NCBI RefSeq assembly: GCF_039383305.1
Contig: NZ_CP135009.1
Location: 120,001 to 152,000 of the forward strand
Direction: 5' to 3'
Length of the DNA stretch: 32,000 bases
From: Candidatus Saccharimonadota bacterium
Lineage (GTDB): Bacteria > Pseudomonadota > Gammaproteobacteria > Enterobacterales > Enterobacteriaceae
The first letter of the stretch is position 1. Each line of letters starts with the position of its first letter. Under the pieces are notes generated by a model. That model had not been told where the DNA came from. It did not search any database and saw only the letters and a list, made by a program, of their open reading frames with translations. This document shows positions 11,112-20,964 of the stretch, piece after piece. The position numbers and the translations under genes are program-made.

Positions 11112-11537
11112 ATTAGAACCATGAATTTAATTAATAAAATAGAAAAAATAATATTTTATATTTTTTCTTTTTTTTTTAAAAAAATAAAAGAAAAAATTTA
11201 ATATTGTGTTTTTTTTAAAAAAAAATAAATATTGAGATTTCAGGATTTTAAAATATTTTTTTTGTAACATAAAAATTTATTGTATATCAAAGAAAATTGT
11301 AGCATATTTAAAATATAATTTTTATTTTTTCAAAAAAATATATAAAATTTAAAATTTATAATTTTTTAGTGTAATCTTTTTTTTAAAAAATATATAATAA
11401 AAATTTCTTTTACATATATTGAATTTTAAGTTATATTATTATAATTTATATTTTCTAAAATTTTTTTAAGATTTTTTAAGATATAAAATATATAGAAAAT
11501 TAATATTTTATTGTATTGAATAGGATATATAATTTTT

Positions 11538-12608
11538 ATGAATAAGTCTATAATAGAAAAATTAGAAAATTTATCTAAACGTTATAAAAAATTAGATAAA
11601 TTATTAAAAAATAATTATATGAAATTAACACGTCATGAATATACTAAATTTTCTAAAGAATACGTAAATTTAACTTTTTTATATGAAAAATTTATACTTT
11701 GGAAAAAATCTTTAGAACAAATTAAACAAACTAAAATATTATTAAATGATTCTGAATTATCAGATTTAGCTCAAAAAGAATTAATTGTTTTAAAAAAAAC
11801 TCGAAATCAATTATCTTCTCAAATTAAGTCGCTTTTAATTCCAATTGATCCTCAGGATATTCGTAGTTGTTATATTGAGATTCGTGCCGCTACAGGAGGT
11901 AATGAAGCCGCTATATTTTCAGGAGATTTATGTAAAATGTATTTACGTTATTCTGAATCTCAAAAATGGAAATCAGAAGTCATAAGTCAACATATAGGTG
12001 AACATGGTGGATATAAAGAAATTATTTTAAAAATTATAGGAAAAGGAGCTTGTGGAAAATTAAAATTTGAATCGGGAGGTCATCGTGTACAAAGAGTTCC
12101 CAAAACAGAATCTCAAGGACGTTTGCATACTTCTTCGTGTACAGTTGCAGTATTACCAGAATTTAAAAAATTTAAAGAAGTTATTTTAAATTTTTCAGAT
12201 TTAAAAATTGATACTTTTAGGTCTTCTGGTGCGGGAGGGCAACATGTAAATACTACAGATTCAGCAGTTAGAATTACACATCTTCCTAGTGGATGCGTTG
12301 TAGAGTGTCAAGATGAACGTTCTCAACATAAAAATAAAGAAAAAGCTTTAGGAGTATTAAGTTCAAAAATATATTCTGAAAAATTACGTCAAGAACATAA
12401 AAAAAATTCTTTACTTCGTAAAAGTTTGTTAGGTACTGGAGAGCGTTCTGATAGAAATCGTACGTATAATTTTCCACAAAATCGTGTAACAGATCATCGT
12501 ATTAATTTAACTTTATATAGATTAGAAGAAATTTTATCAGGAAAATTAGATTTGTTAATTAATCCTCTTTTACAAGAGTATCAAGCAGATATTTTGTTAA
12601 AACTTTAA
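11538..12608 (+). CDS. prfA: Peptide chain release factor 1
   Basis: 356 aa, with the GGQ motif ([21 protein letters not shown]). The RF1-type PxT recognition tripeptide is present as PKT in [17 protein letters not shown]. Confidence 0.95.
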   Translation: MNKSIIEKLENLSKRYKKLDKLLKNNYMKLTRHEYTKFSKEYVNLTFLYEKFILWKKSLEQIKQTKILLNDSELSDLAQKELIVLKKTRNQLSSQIKSLLIPIDPQDIRSCYIEIRAATGGNEAAIFSGDLCKMYLRYSESQKWKSEVISQHIGEHGGYKEIILKIIGKGACGKLKFESGGHRVQRVPKTESQGRLHTSSCTVAVLPEFKKFKEVILNFSDLKIDTFRSSGAGGQHVNTTDSAVRITHLPSGCVVECQDERSQHKNKEKALGVLSSKIYSEKLRQEHKKNSLLRKSLLGTGERSDRNRTYNFPQNRVTDHRINLTLYRLEEILSGKLDLLINPLLQEYQADILLKL

Positions 12609-12626
12609 TATTGAAGGAAATATTTT

Positions 12627-13462
12627 ATGAAAATTGTAGAATGGTTAAAATATTCTAAAAAATTTTTAAAATTTAGTTCTAGTCCTCTTTTAGATGCTCA
12701 TATTATTTTAAAACATATTTTGAAATTAACTACAATAAAATTCATTTTATTATCAGAAAAAAAAAAATTACAAATACTGAATTTAAAAATTTAGATATTT
12801 TGTTAAGACGTAGAATGTTAGGAGAACCTATTGCATATTTAATAAATCAAAAAGAATTTTGGTCATTAAAATTTTATGTAGATGCTAATGTTTTAATTCC
12901 ACGTCCAGATACAGAATTATTAATTCAAGAAGTATTAAAAAAAGTACAGAATTCTTCTTTAAAGATTTTAGATTTAGGAACTGGTAGTGGTGCTATTGCT
13001 ATATCTTTAGCATTAGAATGCCCGTATTGCAGAATTTATGGTGTTGATAATAATTTAAAGATTCTTCAAATAGCTAAAAAAAATTCTATATTTTTGAAAG
13101 CCAACAATGTTCAATTTATATATAGTGATTGGTTTTTAAATTTGTATAAAAAAAAATTTCATATTATTGTATGTAATCCTCCATATTTATCAATCTTACG
13201 TTTTAAAAATTTAAGATCACATTTATTATATGAACCATATTCTTCATTAGTTGCGGGAGATTCAGGTTTAGAAAGTATTCAAATAATTTTAAATAATGCT
13301 CCTAATTATTTATATAATCGTGGATGGTTTTTTTTAGAGCATTGTTTTAAACAAACTTTAGCAGTAAGACATTTTTTTAAAAAAAACAATTTTTCTTTTG
13401 TAAAATCTTATATAGATGAGAGTGGTCGTTACCGGATTACTCAAGGAAGATTTTATTATTAA
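12627..13462 (+). pseudogene. prmC: Release-factor glutamine N5-methyltransferase PrmC/HemK, interrupted by a frameshift in an A11 tract
   Basis: An ATG at 12627, with AAGGA 8 nt upstream, opens a 55-codon frame. It reads MKIVEWLKYSKKFLKFSSSPLLDAHIILKHILKLTTIKFILLSEKKK... and stops at 12792-12794. The remainder is in the -1 frame, open 12683..13462. That part reads ITNTEFKNLDILLRRRMLGEPIAYL..., carries LDLGTGSGAIA (SAM site) and ends after the NPPY catalytic motif region. The track ORF 12800..13462 is its 3' part. Reading 12 A instead of 11 fuses both frames into 278 codons, against 277 aa for E. coli PrmC. Confidence 0.85.
12757..12767 (+). repeat. A11 homopolymer at the prmC frameshift site
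   Basis: Counted directly: G at 12756, then 11 A (12757-12767), then TTA. This is the only place where the two prmC reading frames overlap and can be joined. Confidence 0.9.
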
Positions 13463-13549
13463 TTAAAAATTTAAAATTTTTATAATATACTTTATTAGAT
13501 TTTAAGTTTTTAATATTTTTTTTAAAGAAAATAAATATTTGGAAAATAT

Positions 13550-14359
13550 ATGATAGATTTTAAAAAAATTGATTTTTCTAGTATATCCATGTTTGAAATT
13601 ATAGTAGACGTTATGTCTGAAATTAAAAAAAATTTTTTAAAAAATTTAGTAATAGATTCGATGAATCAAAAAATTTTTGAAATAAAAGATTTAGTTACTG
13701 AACAAAAAATTTTATTAAAAAAAATTAAAATTATTTTAAAATTTTTTTATAAAATTTGGAAATTTCGAGAAGTAGAAGGTAAACATAAGATTTCTGAAAT
13801 TTTATGGTTTGATAATGTATTTAAAAATCTTCAAGGTACTTCTTTTTCTTTAGGAATTATTTTATTACATTTTTTTTTTTATTTTAATTTACCTGTATAT
13901 CCTGTATTATTTCCAACTCAATTAATTTTAAGAGTTGAAGAAGATAAAGAAAGTTATTATTTTATAAATCCTTTTAATGGAGATTTTTTAAATTCTCATA
14001 TCTTAGATGCTTGGTTAAAAGGAAATGTAAGTCCAACTTCACAATTATCTTTATCTAATTTAAAAATTTCTAAACCTGTAAAAATTATTCAAAAATTATT
14101 AAATATTTTAAAAATTGCATTAATTGATGAAAAAAAAATGGATCTTTCGTTAAAAGTTAGTGAAATTTTATTAAAATTATATCCTAAAGATCCTTATGAA
14201 ATTCGTGATAGAGGGTTAATATTTTCTCAATTAGATTGCCATCATGTTGCTTTAAAAGATTTAATATATTTTGTAGAGAATTGTCCAGAAGATCCGATTA
14301 GTGAAATTATTAAATCTCAAATACGTACTATTGAAAGAAAAATTATTCTTTTTCATTAA
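13550..14359 (+). CDS. sirB1: SirB1/YchA family protein (transglutaminase-like/TPR)
   Basis: 269 aa, the same length as E. coli SirB1. Conserved blocks include FPTQLILRVE, INPFNG, DAWLKGNVSP and DPYEIRDRGLIFSQLDCHHVALKDLIYFVENCPEDPISE. It follows prfA-prmC as in E. coli. Confidence 0.85.
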   Translation: MIDFKKIDFSSISMFEIIVDVMSEIKKNFLKNLVIDSMNQKIFEIKDLVTEQKILLKKIKIILKFFYKIWKFREVEGKHKISEILWFDNVFKNLQGTSFSLGIILLHFFFYFNLPVYPVLFPTQLILRVEEDKESYYFINPFNGDFLNSHILDAWLKGNVSPTSQLSLSNLKISKPVKIIQKLLNILKIALIDEKKMDLSLKVSEILLKLYPKDPYEIRDRGLIFSQLDCHHVALKDLIYFVENCPEDPISEIIKSQIRTIERKIILFH

Positions 14360-14455
14360 ATATTTTTTAAAAAAAAATGTATATGGAAATATATTTTTTA
14401 AAAATTAAAAAGAAAATTTTTTATATATTAATATAAAATTTAATAGGATAATTTT

Positions 14456-15658
14456 GTGAAAAAAAAAAAGATTTTGGTTTTAAATTGCGGAAGTTCTACT
14501 ATTAAATTTTCTATTTTTGATGTTGAAGAAAAAATTTTTTGTTTGATAGGAATAATAGATAATTTAGGAACAAAAAATGTATGTGCTATTTGGAAAATTT
14601 TTAATAATAGCGAAGAAAAATTTTTTTTTCAAAAAAATCTTTCTTATGAAAAAAGTTTGAAATTTATATTTGAGTTATTAAAAAATAAATTTTTTGAATA
14701 TTATAGAAATATTATTGGTATTGGTCATCGTGTAGTGCATGGAGGAGATAAAATTTTTAAAACTGAACAAATTACTTCTAAAATTTTAAAACAAATTAAA
14801 TTGTCAATTAATTTTGCTCCTTTACATAATCCTAAAAATATTCTTGGTATTGAAAGTTCTTTGAAATTTTTTCCACATTTATCTTTATGTAATTTTGCTG
14901 TTTTTGATACTATGTTTCATCAAACTATTCCAAAAGTATCTTTTTTATATGCGATTCCATATTTTTTTTATAAAAATTATAAAATTCGTCGTTATGGAGC
15001 GCATGGTATTAATCATTTTTATGTGACAAAAAAAAGTGCATTATTATTAAAGAAAAATATAAATACAATAAATTTAATTAGTTGTCATTTAGGAAGTGGC
15101 GCTTCTATTACTGCGATTCGTAATGGAAAATCAATTGATACTTCTATGGGTTTAACTCCATTAGAAGGTTTAATTATGGGGACGCGATGTGGAGATATAG
15201 ATCCATCTATTATTTTTTATATGTATGAAATCTTAGGATTTTCAATTTTAAAAATTAAAAAAATATTAACTTATAAATCTGGTTTATTAGGCATAAGTGA
15301 ATTAAGTAGTGATTTTAGAATATTAGAAAAACAATATAATATTAATATGAAAATAAAATTTGCTATTAAAAGTTTTTGTTATCGTATTTCAAAATATATT
15401 TCTAGTTATATGGTTGCATTAAAAGGTAAATTACATGCTTTAATTTTTACTGGTGGTATTGGAGAAAATTCATCATTTATTAGAAAAAAAATTATTAAAA
15501 AAATACATTTTTTAGGATTTAAATTAGATGTTGTAAAAAATGTAAAAAGAAATTTTCTTTATTATCATAGTATCCATAAAAAAAATAGTATACCTATTTT
15601 TGTTATTCGAGCTAATGAAGAAAAAATGATAGCAGAAGAGACGTTAAGATTTTTATAA
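14456..15658 (+). CDS. ackA: Acetate kinase
   Basis: 400 aa with a GTG start and AGGA upstream. Matches include VLNCGSSTIKF, IGHRVVHGG, FAPLHNP, RRYGAHGINH, GLTPLEGLIMGTRCGDIDP and FTGGIGENS. Confidence 0.95.
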   Translation: MKKKKILVLNCGSSTIKFSIFDVEEKIFCLIGIIDNLGTKNVCAIWKIFNNSEEKFFFQKNLSYEKSLKFIFELLKNKFFEYYRNIIGIGHRVVHGGDKIFKTEQITSKILKQIKLSINFAPLHNPKNILGIESSLKFFPHLSLCNFAVFDTMFHQTIPKVSFLYAIPYFFYKNYKIRRYGAHGINHFYVTKKSALLLKKNINTINLISCHLGSGASITAIRNGKSIDTSMGLTPLEGLIMGTRCGDIDPSIIFYMYEILGFSILKIKKILTYKSGLLGISELSSDFRILEKQYNINMKIKFAIKSFCYRISKYISSYMVALKGKLHALIFTGGIGENSSFIRKKIIKKIHFLGFKLDVVKNVKRNFLYYHSIHKKNSIPIFVIRANEEKMIAEETLRFL

Positions 15659-15682
15659 TTTTTAAATTAATATGGTTGATGT

Positions 15683-16684
15683 ATGAAAATTAAAGTTTTA
15701 AAAAAATTTAAAGAATTTTTAAAAAAAAAAGTTCAAAGAAATAAAAAAGTTATTATTTTTCCTGAAAGTTATAATAAAAAAATTTTACAGGCAGTATCTA
15801 TTTGTATAAAATTTAAATTAATGCAGTGTGTTTTAATAGGTAATAAAACTAAAATTTTTTTTTTAGCTCATTCTTTAAATATTTTTTTAGGAAATAATAT
15901 AAAAATTATTTCTCCTGAAAAAATATATTTAAAATATGTAGATCGTTTAGTTTTTTTACGAAAAAAAAAAGGCATGAATGTAGAGTTAGCAAAAAAAATA
16001 TTGTTCAATAATTATATTATTTTATCAATTATGATGTTAGAAAATAATGAAGTAGATGGAGTAGTTGCTGGAATTGAGCATACAACTGATGAAATAATTC
16101 GACCTGCATTACAAATTTTACAAATTTTTAAAAAAAATTCTTTTGTATCTTCTATGTTTTTTATGTTATTACCTACAAAAATTTTATTATATGCAGATTG
16201 TGCATTAAATATTAATCCTAATATTTTAGAATTATCTCAAATTTCTATTCAAACAGCAAATACGGCTACTTTAGTAAATATAAAAGCTAAAATTGCAATT
16301 TTATCTTATTATACTGGATATTGTAAAAAATACTCTATTAATAAAAAATTAATTCAAGTTATTCACACTGTAAATAAAAATAGACCTGATTTATTAATTG
16401 AAGGACCTATTCAATATGATGCTGCTGTTAGTCCTGAAGTATCAAAATTAAAATATCCTAATTCAATTTTAAAAGGAAAAGCTAATGTTTTAATTTTTCC
16501 TGATTTAAATTCTGGAAATATTACATATAAAGCTGTGCAGCGTTCTTCTAAAATAATTTCAATAGGACCTATATTGCAGGGTTTAGAAAAACCCGTCAAT
16601 GATTTGTCACGCGGGTCTTCAGTATACGATATTGTATATACTGCAATGATTACTGCATTGCAAAGTCGTAAAGAGAAATCTTAA
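15683..16684 (+). CDS. pta: Phosphate acetyltransferase, catalytic (PTA_PTB) domain only
   Basis: 333 aa, aligning end to end with the C-terminal half of E. coli Pta. Matches include VDGVVAGIEHTTDEIIRPALQI, SSMFFMLLP, ADCALNINP, GPIQYDAAV, IFPDLNSGNITYKAVQRS and GPILQGLEKPVNDLSRG. It starts only 24 bp after the ackA stop. Confidence 0.9.
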   Translation: MKIKVLKKFKEFLKKKVQRNKKVIIFPESYNKKILQAVSICIKFKLMQCVLIGNKTKIFFLAHSLNIFLGNNIKIISPEKIYLKYVDRLVFLRKKKGMNVELAKKILFNNYIILSIMMLENNEVDGVVAGIEHTTDEIIRPALQILQIFKKNSFVSSMFFMLLPTKILLYADCALNINPNILELSQISIQTANTATLVNIKAKIAILSYYTGYCKKYSINKKLIQVIHTVNKNRPDLLIEGPIQYDAAVSPEVSKLKYPNSILKGKANVLIFPDLNSGNITYKAVQRSSKIISIGPILQGLEKPVNDLSRGSSVYDIVYTAMITALQSRKEKS

Positions 16685-16931
16685 AATATAAATATTATAT
16701 ATTTTTTAAATATTTTTTTTATTTATATTTTATATTTTTTATTTTATTTTTTATATATGCCTCTCTTTTTTAGGTAATATTTTTAAAAAAAATATGTGAT
16801 TTAAATGTTTTAAATGTAAAATTTTATATTTGAAAAATAAATTTTATATTTTTAAAAAAATTTTTAGATTTAAAAGTATTATAATAAAAAATTAAGGGGC
16901 ATATATGAAGTTTATTATAATTTTGAATTTT

Positions 16932-19436
16932 TTATATATTTTCATCGCTAACTTTTTGTAAAGCAACAACTTTTTCTTTTTTTGTAGTTCGAATTAAAAT
17001 TACTCCTTGTGTATTTCTTTTTAAAATTGCAACTTCAGAGACTCTAGTTCTTACTAAAGTTCCAGCGTTTGTAATCATCATTATTTGATCATTTTTTTGT
17101 ATTGGTAAAGCACCGATGACAACTCCATTTTTAGGAGTGACTTTAATAGAAATAATTCCTTTTGTGGCGCGAGATTTTATAGGAAATTCTTTAATATGAG
17201 TTTGTTTTCCGAATCCATTTTCTGTTACAATTAAAATTTTGTCATTTTTTTTAGGAATTAATAAAGACACTACTTGATCATTTTTTTCAATTTTCATTCC
17301 TTTAATTCCAGCTGCTGTTCTTCCCATTTTTCTTACTGTTTTTTCTTGAAAATGAACAACTTTTCCTTTAGATGTAAATAACATTACTTGATTCGAACCA
17401 TTAGTTAAAGAGACTCCAATAAGTTCATCATTTTCTCGTAATTTAATAGCAATTATACCGGAATTTCTTGGTTTTTTAAATTGTGTTAATGTTGTTTTTT
17501 TAACATATCCATATGTAGTAGCCATAAAAATATTAAAAGAAGAAGGATATTTAGATAGTGGTAAAATTGTAGTTATTCTTTCAGTTTTATTTAATGGTAA
17601 GAGATTTACTATCGGTTTTCCTCGAGCATGTCGACTAGTTTCTGGTAATTGGTATACTTTCATCCAATATATGATGCCACGACTAGAGAAACATAAAATT
17701 GTATCATGAGTATTTGTAACTAAGAGACTTTGAATATAATCTTCGGCTTTAGTTTTTGCGGCAGATTTACCTTTTCCTCCTCTTTTTTGAGCATTGTATT
17801 CTGTTATAGGTTGATATTTTACATATCCTGAATGTGATAAAGTAACAACGACGTTTTCTTTTGGAATTAAATCTTCCAGCAGTATTTCTGCAGTATTTTT
17901 TAAAATTTTTGTTTTTCGTGAATCTGAAAATTGTTTTTTTAAAAGTAATAATTCTTTTTTTATAACTGAAGTAAGTTTGTGAGGAGTAGATAAAATTTCT
18001 ATTAGTTTATGCGTTTCTTTTTTTAAAAACAAATATTCTTTTTGAATATTTCGATTTTCTAATGTGGTTAATTTATGTAATTTAATTTCTAAAATAGCGT
18101 TAATTTGTTTTTCACTAAAAAAATATTTTTCGTAAATTAGTGTGTTTTTTTTGTGTTCATGAAAAGTATGAATATATTTTTTAGAGATTTTCCAGGATAT
18201 ATTTTTTAATTTTATGTTTGCTTCTTTTTTTGTTAGAGAAGTTTTTATAATTTTAATAATTTTATCAATATTAGATAAAGCAATTGTAAAACCTTTTAAA
18301 ATATGTAGTCTTTTTTTGTATTTTTTTAATTCATATTGAGAACGACGAAAAATTATTTTTTGTCGATGAATAAAAAATTCATGTATAATATTTTTTAAAG
18401 TTAAAATTTTTGGTTGTCCGGAACATAATGCGACCATATTAAATCCAAAAGAAATTTGTAAAGATGTTAATGCATATAATTGATTGAGAATTAAATCTGA
18501 AATTGCTTCTTTTTTCATTTCAATAACAATTCTCATTCCATCTTTATCAGATTCATCTCTTATTGTAGAGATACCTTCTATTTTTTTATCTTTAATTAAT
18601 TCTGAAATTTTTTTTATTAATCGTGTTTTATTTACTTGATATGGAATTTCATGAATAATAATAGATTTCTTTTTAGTTTTTGGATTTGTTTCTAAAGAAT
18701 TTTTAGAACGTATAGAAATTTTTCCTCGACCAGTTCGATAAGCTTCTTCAATACCTGAACATCCATTAATAATACCTGCAGTCGGGAAATCTGGTCCTGG
18801 AATAAATTTCATTAATTTTTTTAAAGAAATATTATTATTTTCTATATAAGCTAAACAACCATTAATAATTTCTCGTAGATTATGAGGTGGTATGTTAGTA
18901 GCCATACCTACAGCAATACCGGAAGATCCATTAATTAATAAATTAGGTAATTTAGAAGGTAAAATTTCAGGAATTTTTTCTGTACCATCATAATTAGGTA
19001 AAAAATTAATTGTATCTTTATCTAAATCACATAACATTTCATGTGCTATTTTAGACATTCTAATTTCAGTATACCTCATAGCGGCAGCAGAATCTCCATC
19101 AATTGAACCAAAATTTCCTTGACCGTCAATTAGTGTATAACGTAAAGAAAAAGATTGAGCCATTCGTACGATTGCGTCATATACTGCGGAATCACCATGC
19201 GGATGATATTTTCCAATAACATCGCCTACAATTCGAGCAGATTTTTTATGAGGTTTATTCCATTCATTTTTTAATATATTCATAGCAAATAAAATTCTTC
19301 TATGCACAGGTTTTAAACCATCCCTAACATCGGGCAAGGCTCGACCAATAATAACTGACATAGCATAATCTAAATATGAATTTTTTAATTCTTTTTCGAT
19401 GTTGACGGGAGTAATATTTTTAAAATTTTCTTCCAT
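16932..19436 (-). CDS. gyrA: DNA gyrase subunit A
   Basis: 834 aa. Matches include [36 protein letters not shown] (wild-type Ser/Asp at the quinolone-resistance positions), the catalytic AAMRYTE and the GyrA-box KRGGKGK. Confidence 0.97.
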   Translation of the reverse strand: MEENFKNITPVNIEKELKNSYLDYAMSVIIGRALPDVRDGLKPVHRRILFAMNILKNEWNKPHKKSARIVGDVIGKYHPHGDSAVYDAIVRMAQSFSLRYTLIDGQGNFGSIDGDSAAAMRYTEIRMSKIAHEMLCDLDKDTINFLPNYDGTEKIPEILPSKLPNLLINGSSGIAVGMATNIPPHNLREIINGCLAYIENNNISLKKLMKFIPGPDFPTAGIINGCSGIEEAYRTGRGKISIRSKNSLETNPKTKKKSIIIHEIPYQVNKTRLIKKISELIKDKKIEGISTIRDESDKDGMRIVIEMKKEAISDLILNQLYALTSLQISFGFNMVALCSGQPKILTLKNIIHEFFIHRQKIIFRRSQYELKKYKKRLHILKGFTIALSNIDKIIKIIKTSLTKKEANIKLKNISWKISKKYIHTFHEHKKNTLIYEKYFFSEKQINAILEIKLHKLTTLENRNIQKEYLFLKKETHKLIEILSTPHKLTSVIKKELLLLKKQFSDSRKTKILKNTAEILLEDLIPKENVVVTLSHSGYVKYQPITEYNAQKRGGKGKSAAKTKAEDYIQSLLVTNTHDTILCFSSRGIIYWMKVYQLPETSRHARGKPIVNLLPLNKTERITTILPLSKYPSSFNIFMATTYGYVKKTTLTQFKKPRNSGIIAIKLRENDELIGVSLTNGSNQVMLFTSKGKVVHFQEKTVRKMGRTAAGIKGMKIEKNDQVVSLLIPKKNDKILIVTENGFGKQTHIKEFPIKSRATKGIISIKVTPKNGVVIGALPIQKNDQIMMITNAGTLVRTRVSEVAILKRNTQGVILIRTTKKEKVVALQKVSDENI

Positions 19437-19555
19437 TAATTTTGATTCTCTACAATATAAAGATTTTATTAATAATAAAAAAATTATATCATATTTATTA
19501 TATTATATAATCAGAGGATTTTATTTATTTTTAAAAAAATATTTTTGTAAAATAA

Positions 19556-19604
19556 AAACAAAAATCAGATATATGATTTTAGTAATAAAATCTGATTTTT
19601 GTTT
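19556..19604 (-). terminator. Putative intrinsic terminator downstream of ahpC
   Basis: Perfect 15-bp stem: AAACAAAAATCAGAT (19556-19570) pairs with ATCTGATTTTTGTTT (19590-19604), with a 19-nt loop. On the - strand the hairpin is followed by TTATTTTAC. It sits 59 bp after the ahpC stop and upstream of the gyrA start. Confidence 0.5.
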
Positions 19605-19662
19605 CTAATTTTTTTTAAAAAATTAATTATTTTTATATATTTTTTTATAAGAAAAGATTTTT

Positions 19663-20265
19663 TTAATTATTTATATATTTTTTTGTGAGATATTTTTTGA
19701 TTCCTTGAGTTGAAGCTTTAATACCTATCGCTCCTGGTGTCCAATTTGCTGGACAGACATCACCTGAATTTTCATAAAATTTTAATGCATCAATAATACG
19801 AATTAATTCATGAATGTTTCTTCCTATAGGAAGATCATTAATTGATTGATGTCTTATAATATGATTTTTGTCTATTATAAAAGATGCTCTTAATGCAATC
19901 CCTAAATTTGGATGTTCAATTCCATAAGCAGTTTGAATAGTACGATTAATATCAGAAATTAAAGGATACTTCATCTTTCCTATTCCACCGTTTTTTAAGG
20001 GTGTATTTAACCAAGCTTGATGTGTGTATACGGAATCTATAGATATTCCTAATATACATACATTTCTTTTTTGAAATTCTGAATATAAAATATTAAATTC
20101 TAATAATTCTGAAGGACATACAAAAGTAAAATCCATAGGCCAAAAGAATAATATAACATATTTTTTTTTAGTATAATCAAACATATCGAAATTGTGAATA
20201 ATTTCTTGATTTGGTAATATTGCGGAGGCTATAAAATTAGGGGCTTTTTGTGAAGTTAATATCAT
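19663..20265 (-). CDS. ahpC: Typical 2-Cys peroxiredoxin (AhpC/Prx1 family)
   Basis: 200 aa. The peroxidatic Cys is in DFTFVCPSE and the resolving Cys in GDVCPANW. There is no ahpF neighbour, so reduction by thioredoxin is plausible (inference). Confidence 0.9.
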   Translation of the reverse strand: MILTSQKAPNFIASAILPNQEIIHNFDMFDYTKKKYVILFFWPMDFTFVCPSELLEFNILYSEFQKRNVCILGISIDSVYTHQAWLNTPLKNGGIGKMKYPLISDINRTIQTAYGIEHPNLGIALRASFIIDKNHIIRHQSINDLPIGRNIHELIRIIDALKFYENSGDVCPANWTPGAIGIKASTQGIKKYLTKKYINN

Positions 20266-20412
20266 TTTTATCCTTAAAATTAATAAAACTAAAAAATTTT
20301 TTAAAATTATATAAAATAAATTTTTTGGTATTTTAAAAATATTTTTATAAAATATTTTAGTTTAATAAAAGAAATTTTTTATATTTTTTTTTAAATAAAT
20401 TATTGTGGTAAA

Positions 20413-20964
20413 TTATTCTATAATTTTTACTATAGCTTTTTGAATAATTTCTTTTTTAATTATATAACCATTTTTTAAAATTTTTATAAGATTTTTCTTA
20501 TTTTTTTTAGGATTTTGTAGTATTGATTGATCTAAAATTTGATGTATATTTTCATTATATGAAACATTACTTTGATTAATAAGTTCTATTTTCCAGATTT
20601 TTAAATTTTTTTGAAAAGATTTTTGAGTTAAATAAATTCCTTTAATAATAGGATTTTTTGTTTTTTTTTTTTCTTTTGCATAATCTAAAAATTCTATAAT
20701 ATTTTGGAGTATAGGATTTAATTTTTTAAAAAAGTTTTTAAATATTGTATTTTTAATAATTGAAATTTCTTTTTTTGTATTTTTTTTAATATTTTCTAGG
20801 GTTGCGTAATATCTTAATTTAAGATTTTTTAAATTATTTTTTAAATCTTGAATTTTAGTTTGACATTCTTCTTCTGTTAAAAGATTTTTTTTTTCTTCTT
20901 TTAATAAAATTTTTGATTTATCATTTTTTTTTATATCTTTTATGGTTTTTTCTTTTTGTATCAT
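20413..20964 (-). CDS. grpE: Nucleotide exchange factor GrpE
   Basis: 183 aa, collinear with E. coli GrpE despite heavy Lys/Asn/Ile bias. Supporting segments are LRYYATLENIKKNTKKE, FKNFFKKLNPILQNIIEFLDYA, IKGIYLTQKSF, YNENIHQIL and ILKNGYIIKKEIIQKAIVKI. Confidence 0.85.
   Translation of the reverse strand: MIQKEKTIKDIKKNDKSKILLKEEKKNLLTEEECQTKIQDLKNNLKNLKLRYYATLENIKKNTKKEISIIKNTIFKNFFKKLNPILQNIIEFLDYAKEKKKTKNPIIKGIYLTQKSFQKNLKIWKIELINQSNVSYNENIHQILDQSILQNPKKNKKNLIKILKNGYIIKKEIIQKAIVKIIE

Noticed and set aside
11538-12608. The RF1 recognition tripeptide reads PKT rather than the E. coli PAT.
   Set aside because: The motif is defined as PxT with a variable middle residue, so this is not evidence of altered stop-codon specificity.
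16753-16906. A 9-bp inverted repeat, ATATATGCC (16753-16761) and GGCATATAT (16898-16906), spanning 136 nt between pta and gyrA.
   Set aside because: The arms are short and far apart. My rough estimate is that inverted repeats of this length within a few hundred nt are expected many times by chance in sequence this A/T-rich. There is no adjacent U-tract.
16905-16961. An 18-codon hydrophobic mini-ORF ([18 protein letters not shown]) preceded by a rare G-rich AAGGGG Shine-Dalgarno-like motif, in the pta/gyrA convergent spacer.
   Set aside because: It overlaps the 3' end of gyrA on the opposite strand, is very short, and has a composition typical of random AT-rich translation. Nothing ties it to a known small-protein family. 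It is worth checking only if ribosome profiling data exist.
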